A stretch of 56,783 bases of DNA from Folioceros fuciformis (Eukaryota): the NCBI GenBank assembly GCA_049999805.1, contig JBNGIO010005918.1, positions 140,357 to 197,139 of the forward strand. Reading direction: 5' to 3'. This document shows, in pieces, positions 49,241 to 56,783 of this stretch (positions are counted from its first letter, which is position 1; each line of letters opens with the position of its first letter). The position numbers and the translations under genes were made by a program. The notes beneath the pieces were generated by a model that saw nothing but the letters and a program-made list of their open reading frames with translations, did no database searches and was not told the DNA's origin.

Positions 49241-51225
49241 ACTATGATATTTTAGGTGTTATTAGTAGTCATTAGTTGTTAAGAGTTAGCCCAATAATGT
49301 TTATCTCCCTTTTTATAGTAGATGGGTTTTTCATCTTGTTTTTCTAAAATAAATTAAGGATTATCTTTCCTTTGTAACTCATTCTTATGTATTTTAAATC
49401 CTCATCTATTTTCTGTTTTTAATGTGATACGTATTCTTATCTTTTAGTTGTCTTTGATAGTTAGTTTTAGTACCTATTATTAGTCCTTAATGCTTCATGA
49501 ATTCATATCTTCTAATGATCATTTATGTATATTATACGATTTCTAATATATCTTTTCATCTTCTAATTGTATCTCATAGATATAGTTGAGTTCCCAATAA
49601 TATCCTTTTAGCCTTTCACAATCTCCTCCTCCTCCTCTATGTCCTAGTAGTCTTCAATATGTATACTTGACCTCTAATGATGTATTCTTAACCCCTAATA
49701 AATATTTTTCCTTAGCCCTTAATAAATCTCTTCCTTAGTGCTTAATAAGTCTCTTCCTTAACTCTTAACAGTTCTCCCTTCCTTAGCTCCAAATAGTTCT
49801 CTTCCTCAGCTCGGCAATATCAAGTGTATGTCCTTAACCCCTATAAACTCTCTTATCTCCTACTACAAAATATCTATTTTATGTCAAAAATGTTCTCTAA
49901 CATCATTCAGTAACCCACATTCTCCGGTAAGCCCTAATCTACGCCTTCCCTGATCCACTCGAGTTGAGTTGGGTGGGTCATCCGTGTGAGAAAATGCAAT
50001 AATTTCGAGCCATTTTATTAGGTGCAAGAATTTGACGAACTTGGGACTAGTGGAAAGGCTAAAAAGACTCTAGAGCAATTTTGACAGACCTAAAAAGAAA
50101 ATTGTAATTTGGGAAACCCCGGCGAAGGTGGCGGGCAACTCAGGAAACATGGCGGGCATCAAGTCCCAGGAAACGGAAGTGGAGACTGAAGGGCTCGCGA
50201 CAGGTTGGAAGGCTGGTCACAGGGCAGCCAACTTCTCTGTCATGCTGCTGGGAGGGGTAGCTAATCGTTTCCTGCCTCCGACTCTGCCTGCATGCAATGC
50301 CAGGACCCAGCATCAGATTGTCCATTCATGGGACCACTACCTGCACAGGCAAGTGCCCACGGCGTCAAAGCCTGCCTTCCAGAGGCAACCTAAGTACAAG
50401 TTGGATGTGCCCCCTCCGCTACCAAACACACACGCATAGCACTTGCTAAGATTTCGCCTTTCCTCTTAAGAGTTTTGTACAAACGATTGATGGAATAACA
50501 GTGGTGCAAGGGCCAACATACTTCGTTGAGGCAGCAGCAGAAGAGCGAGGGGTGCTTTACCAGCCCTTGGAGCCCAGTGCAGCTACCAAAGCCCCAAGCG
50601 TCAGGTCCACAGCAACATTCCATTCATGCCCTATCCTAGCACGGGCCTGCTGCCCGAACATGGGCTCTGCAACCTGCCAAACCACATACAGGTTAACAGA
50701 AAACGTGGCATGACTTTCAGCATTCTCCTGCAAATTTGAGATTGACACCTACCTCGGCAGGGCGAGATGGGGGTAGACGTACGCCTGACAGTGTGGCCGC
50801 TAGCTCAGCCGTGGAATGCCATAGCAGCTTCTCCTGAAAAGCGAAAACCCCCAGTCCAAACAGCAATCCCAGGCTACTTCCCAGCAAGCGCTCCTGCCAT
50901 CAACAACCCGCCAGCCAGCCCTAAGGCCCAAGCCGACATTACAGTGAGCAGCACGTGAGGAGAGGAGGAGATGCAACATACCTGCATCAACAAGGAGTTC
51001 ATGGCGCTGAGGCAGCGGAGGCTACCGAGGCAATGCGGCAGCAGCAGGACGAGACACCGGCACCGGCTGTCCTCTCCGACGATCCAGTAACAGGTAGAGC
51101 CTTGCAGGCCTATAGCCGCCGTGGAGGCCGGGTGATTACCGGCATGACCGGTGACTGGCAGCCCTCCCGACATGTCAACCGAAATTCCACGTTCCTGCCA
51201 CTTTTCCGTCGCGCCATAGCTGAGC

Positions 51226-53586
51226 ATGATGGGCTCAAGGAGTCCACCGTCACCACAGGCCGCGGCAGGAGCGGGAAGTGGCGGAGGTCGAAGGTCTGCT
51301 CAGTTTCACAGCGACCCTCCAGTGAAACGAAGATCATTGGCGGGCCTGCTACAGATCAATGCTCCTGGTGCCGACAGCGGGACTGGGGAAGCCGCAGCAA
51401 ACCATCGCAGAGATAGATTGCTATGGAGGCCTGCGGCAGATTCGATCAGGGAATTGGCATTGCTACCGCAGAAGCCGAAACTTGCTGCATCGGTGGAGAA
51501 AGCAGCTATGCCTGGGGGAGGAGCTGCTGCTCCTGCAGCTGCTCATCCGCGTCACTCTGATTGTCCGGTGCTACCACAGAAACAGGAGTCTGAATCGAGG
51601 TGTTCGTCCGATTTGACGTTTGCGGCATCCTTGAGTGTATCTATCCTTGCTGTCCCGGATGCTCACGCACCTCAGTCGGCAGCGGAAAACGTAGCGGACA
51701 ACCAGGCTTTTCTGTCGAAAGGAACGCTTCCTGCGGATGCTGCCACTAGGAGCACAGTGAGGAAACGGCAATTGTCAGATTCGCATTTTGATCGACACGA
51801 GGAGGGTGCTACTTCACCTGTTACAGAGCAGGGCAGAGTCAGACTTGCACCTCCGTTTGCTGCTTTCCAGAGTGATGGGAACCAGGCGTCAGCTGCCCTG
51901 TCCAGGGCTTTGCCCATTCCTGAGGTTTATAATGTTCAGGCTAGGAGACTTAAGATTGTGGAGCTTACTGAACGAATGAAGAAGGTAGAGAGCATTGCTG
52001 ATACCCTGTCAAAGCTGCTGTCCAGCAATTTCATGCTGCCTAATCCAACCGACAACTACACAGGTGCAGAACGAAGTGAAGGATGTTCAGCAATGTCGTG
52101 AGTTGTTTATGCGGCGTAGACAAGATATAGTCAAACACCGTCAAGGTGGCGTGAAGAAGGCGAATGTGGTGGATCTCATAAAAATGAGACTTGCTCTTGG
52201 TAGACGGGAGGAAAGTCTTTTTCGACATATGAAGACCATTCTTGCACAAGTTCGCTCCTGGCGCTTGCCTTGAGTGCGGGTCACTTTGGAGACTTTGCGC
52301 ATGTCATCGCAAGTTTCAGTGTCGGGTAGAGGGCCAACCAGTTCTTGACTCACCTTCGTGTCGGCATGTTTAGGTCAGGGGACATCGGAAGGCTCTTCCA
52401 TTCCTTATTCCCGTGGACGCAGCTCTCTATGACCTCCGAAATTACTACATGGTGAGCTTTCCTTATACAAAACCTGGAGCAAGCTTTTGCTACTGTTGAT
52501 GCAGAGGGCAGACCGACATATTTCTAAGATCTGTGTTAACTGTCCCGTCCTCTGCCAACTGGTCTGCAGATCATAAGAAGGCCCATGGATCTTGCAACTA
52601 TTCATGGCAAGTTGGAGTCGAAGAGTTACCAAAATGTGCGTCAGGTTTGTGAGGATGTGCGTCTTGTCTTCGAGAATGCCATGACCTATCACGAGAGTAA
52701 GACAGAGCTGCATAGAATGGCTGTGACCCTCTCCAAGTACTTCGACAAGAAATGGAGATTGCTAGAACCACAAGTCATTGACGTGGTATGCGCGGACTGC
52801 ACCTCATGTCGTAGGTGTTCACGATCGTTATGCCACTTTGTTTTGCAATTGTTGTGCTTCCTTAGCCTCAGTTTGAAGGATTCTTGCTCAGGAGGCCAGA
52901 AGTTGTAGGCAGGCGCTTTTTGAAGAGAGCCTTGCACAAGTGCAAAAGGCAGACGAGCAGGCGATCCGGCTTTGTGAGCAGGTATGGCTGGTTCGCTGTG
53001 ATCGAGCTAGGGTTGGGGAATGAGTTCGTGATATTTAAGCAGTACTTGAGACCGGCTCAGCCAACCCCCCTGAAGTTGTCCTCACTGCATGACTTGGAAG
53101 CTGGACGAGGCTGAGAGAGAGCTGGAGACCGTTTGCAGGTTGGACTTGGACACTGAAAACCGACTCTTAGGAAATTTTCTTCCCTCTGTGTGGTTTTCTT
53201 TCTTTTTCCTGTCTTCAGTCTTTGTCTGCAGTGAAATGGTGACCATGGAGATCAAGTGGTTCAATCCTGTGCATTGTCACCGCAGATCCACTCAATTCGC
53301 CCGAGATTGTGTGAGGGGACCAGCTCATGCAGCGAGGAGCAGCTGGGTAACGTACACGATGATGCACGAGTCTCAGCACTGTTTCCATAGCACTTCAATT
53401 CTTGTTCAATTGAAAGACATCACAATAAACAAGTTCTTAGGGGGTTTTTTTGCTTTGCGGTGGATGACTTTGTCTACGTTGCAGGGTGCGAGGAAAGGAT
53501 GTAAGCAAGGTCGCTTCCTACTGGAAAATTCGCCCAGGCCCATCTCTAAAGCTCAGGTTCGAATATTGGATCGCACGGAGCTGTGA
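51226..53586 (+). CDS. GTE1/IMB1-like bromodomain protein; supported exons ..-51984, 52064-52249, 52374-52451, 52570-52785, 52892-52981; 5' and 3' ends uncertain
   Basis: Spliced translation LFRHMKTILAQ|VRGHRKALPFLIPVDAALYDLRNYYM|IIRRPMDLATIHGKLESKSYQNVRQVCEDVRLVFENAMTYH..YFDKKWRLL, preceded by a GTE1-like coiled segment; GT-AG phase-0 introns. Confidence 0.8.
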
Positions 53587-54623
53587 CAATCTCGTGTGCT
53601 ACCGTAGAACAGTAATTTACAAGCTTTGGCTGGCTTTGTGAAACAGAGAGAGGCTATCCTGTGGAGTTTGTACACAGCTCTCAAACGGACTCGCAGTGTC
53701 GTAAGTATGCCGGCGCAAACAGAGTAATACTCAGCTTTCCACTTGTCTCCTTTGTGTTTTTGGCGTGGCCGCCAGTCTGCCAAGGTTGTAGGGTTGTCAA
53801 TCAGCTTTGTATTGCCGAATACCGATACCCAGCACCATGTTCCTAAACATCCTTAGGGTGAGGAGTAGCAGTCGGATCGCTTCCTTGTTCGCAATTTGGA
53901 TTGGAAGCCGTTTGTCTGTTGTGCAGGGTGCTGGTTGGGGGAAACCTGCAAGAAGGAATGGAAGAGGGCAAATCAACGAAGTCAGTGATGGTGCATCACA
54001 TGATGTAGAGAGGTCACTTCCAGAGAAGGAGGGAGGCAGCTGCTAGTGTGGCGTGATATTATGATGTGACCTGTTTCGTTACCTGCCCCCTATAGTTGGT
54101 GTGGCATGCATAACGCATCCTGGCAGTGTAAAATAACAGAGCATGAAACAATGGTCGCGATGCACCTCCTTCCTATTGTCGACATCTTCATCCCTGTGAA
54201 GTTAACATTCTGGCCCAGATAGATAACGTCGTGCAGTTAAGGAAGCAGTTGTGCTAGGCCTTGGGAATGCTTGGCCCGCGTCCATGCACCCGAGGGAACA
54301 TTTCCTCCGTAATGTCAAAGCGGAAGCGCCGGGCTCAGAAAGCGTGATTAGGAACTGTAGGACACGGGGAAGGAGGAAGGATGGGAAAAAGGAAAAAAAA
54401 TGTGGACAAGGCGGCCAGATATTTCGCAACACACAGAGAGTAGTGCACTGTACTTGCGACAACATTGCGCAGCTCAGGCCTGATTCCTAAATCCAAAGCC
54501 ACAAAGAGTGAGGGACACGAGGTGGTGTACATACTAAAACGAAAAGCTGGAAAGAGTTTTGTGGGTGGCAGTATGGACACAGTATGAGAGCGTGGGCGGC
54601 TGCGGCTTCGGCTGCGCGGCCAA

Positions 54624-54706
54624 CCTGCATGGCTCCCTGCAGGCCAGCTAGGGAGCGTGCCAACATTTGGCACGCTTCTAAGGTGGCATACAGGGAGCCA
54701 GGCAGG
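54624..54706 (-). ncRNA. MIR160: miR160 precursor hairpin (mature 54704-54684)
   Basis: Minus strand carries exact TGCCTGGCTCCCTGTATGCCA on the 5' arm, star TGGCCTGCAGGGAGCCATGCA (54646-54626), and an inner stem AGCGTGCCAA/TTGGCACGCT. Confidence 0.96.
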
Positions 54707-55404
54707 CAGGTGGAGCTGCTGCTCCGCCTTCGTCCAGGTCCAGGACCTGGACCGGGACCGGGACCGGAATGCTGTTAAGCAGCTCGGCCCTGCAGTGAAT
54801 GGCATCTCGCTGTTTGTCGAACAGCATGGCATCGCATTGCACTGCGCTGCGTCCCGTTGCAGTGCGGTGCATTCCGTCCGGAAATGCCATGTGCGGTGAA
54901 GATCCCGTAGTCAGGACACGAATTCCACGTCTGAGACGCGACAGGTTGGCTGCATACAATTGTGGAGTCGCCAGACACGATTTTGCGCCGCAGGAACACC
55001 GAGAAACAGAGCGGTCGCGGCCGCAGTCACGAACCCATGACGGTGCTGGATTCCATCCAGAGAGGTGCAAGGAAGCAAGACGGCGAGGGGAGAGAGGAGC
55101 AGGTGCGAGGACGGGAAGCAGAGGAGGCGCGGTGGCGGAGAGGGAAGAGCGCATGCGGAACAGAGAGCGTGAGGGCGATGAGAGTGCGAGTGCTAGGCGA
55201 GCGAATTACGAAAGGAGTGTTTGGGGGCGGGGGCAGGGGAATGAAGGAGTTGAAGGCGAGCGAATAAAAAGGAGAGAGACGAGAGGAGAAGAGCAGGTTG
55301 GGCGCGCGGGAAAGGAGAAGGGGGCAGAGAGGCAGAGACAAGAGAAGGCGAGAAGCGAGGCGAAGGCAGAGGTCAGGTCACAGGTCATCAAGTCAGGTCA
55401 GTGC

Positions 55405-55470
55405 GCAGGCCAGGCCAGGCCAGCCCAGGCCACGGCATGCCAGGCCAGGCCAGGCCAGGCCATGCCAGGC
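55405..55470. repeat. (CCAGG)n low-complexity repeat within a GA-rich region upstream of MIR160
   Basis: Read directly; also (GAGGC)/(GAGAG) runs 55607-55640 and (GTTCCA)n 56672-56690. Confidence 0.8.
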
Positions 55471-56783
55471 GGGCAGAGAATGTAGCGCAGGATGCGGGAC
55501 GAAGAACAAGGGGACAGGGGACCAATCCCGGAGCATGCGCGCGACGGCGCGCCAACGCCACGCCCAGGGAACAAAATTCTGGCCTATATGGAAAGGGAAG
55601 GAAAGGAGAGGCGAGGCGAGGCGAGGAGAGGAGAGGAGGAGCTGTACGCGAAATAAACATTTGCACACATTCATGCAGAAGTTGAGCGTAAGCCATAACA
55701 CAGCACAACACAAGAACGAGAGCGTGAAGTGTAGAGCAGTCGCAACCTCTCGGACCTTTAGTGGACAAAGGCATCCCATCCAATCCGATTCCCCGAGCCC
55801 CCTGCCGGGGTTCCGGGCCCAGCGCCTGGGAGCGGGGGGCCCGGACCCCGCTAGCGCACAACAGGAGTAGCTGCAGCAGCCGCACAAATCCTAAACCTTT
55901 AATGTCTCTACTGCAGGACGCCTTGGCGCAGGGGGAAGCAGCAGCAGCAGCAGAAAAGGCACCGTTCGCTCAAGTTCCAGTCCGCCGTCGTGGATTGGAC
56001 CTCGAGTCTAGTCTAGTATGGCTTGCTGTCACAGAAGCGAAGCCCGTGCGCGACCTCCAGAAGGAAGTGGGAACTGTGGTCGGACAAGCAAGCAGGCTCC
56101 TGGAACGAGAGGAGAGGTCGAGAGAGCCGAGGCGCTCCTGGGGCTCGTCTGTTTGGTGGAGGATGGCGGCCCCTCCCTCGCACCCTCCACTATTTTATTG
56201 TGGTCCGCGAGGGAGATGGGCACCAGGCAGCAGACACCAGGTCCCATCTCTCTCTGAGTGTGTCCGTACTCGCAGCCCCATGCCCCTCCAAGCCCCAGGA
56301 CACTGCGCCTTGTCACTTCCCGCAATTTGCAGTTTGCCCCAAGCCCGCACTCAAGTTGGTACTTGCTTTTACAATGCTTACCCGGATGCCGCGCCCGCGG
56401 CCCGGGGCCCGGGTCCCGGGGCCCCGCTGGGCCCTGGGCCCCGGGCCCGCTTCTGTTGGCCTACATAACAAAAACCTCATACAAACTTCCATACATACAC
56501 ATGTACATTTGTACCTCCTCTCCCTGAAGACCTGCTACCACTGTCTCTTTTGAATTTTCAAGTACACACGCCATTCCAAGCCCGTCCTGCTGGGTGTCGT
56601 TTGGGTTTTCCCGGGCTTGGTGCTTCGGAGAGAGAGACTGCCCACCGCACCTCAACCCCGATTGAACTCCAGTTCCAGTTCCAGTTCCAGCTCCCCATCC
56701 CCAAGCCACATTTCTAGCCTCGTCAATCCCCCCGTTGGACGAGTACGAGCCTCAAGCCCCAAGCCTCGTCCATACTCCTACCC

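Noticed and set aside
47900-49900. AT-rich region possibly derived from an old retroelement
   Set aside because: Too degenerate to assign; repeat copy number near the 10-N gap may be an assembly effect
54799-56709. Many overlapping long ORFs and GC-rich hairpins (about 55806-55849 and 56389-56450)
   Set aside because: Low-complexity, GC/GA-rich sequence upstream of MIR160; no domains, and hairpins are expected from composition

Overview
Eukaryotic land-plant nuclear DNA (short GT-AG introns, deeply conserved plant miRNAs; a bryophyte-grade genome is plausible but unproven). Host genes: a two-exon GT37 xyloglucan-type fucosyltransferase, an intronless CAX cation/H+ exchanger, an 11-exon COG6 and a divergent GTE1-like bromodomain gene. 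Two miRNA loci are invisible to the ORF track: a tandem pair of MIR319 hairpins behind a TATA box and a MIR160 hairpin. The centre (about 19-44.5 kb) is a nest of decayed transposons: Ty3/gypsy gag with tRNA-Asp PBS and accessory ORFs, a two-LTR Ty1/copia, a CACTA transposase and a probable REL-type non-LTR tail. The most striking signal is two highly diverged pseudogenised copies (7.9-9.9 kb and 26.1-28.7 kb) of a gene with a bacterial-style beta-class N4-C/N6-A DNA-methyltransferase domain. Both copies have a candidate intron at the same position, and the longer copy also has an N-terminal ParB-like GGNH domain. A covarying three-way-junction motif is repeated six times in the gypsy LTR-like repeats. 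Assembly gaps: 28748-28847, 43559-43568, 49021-49030. All assignments are from manual reading; no searches were run.
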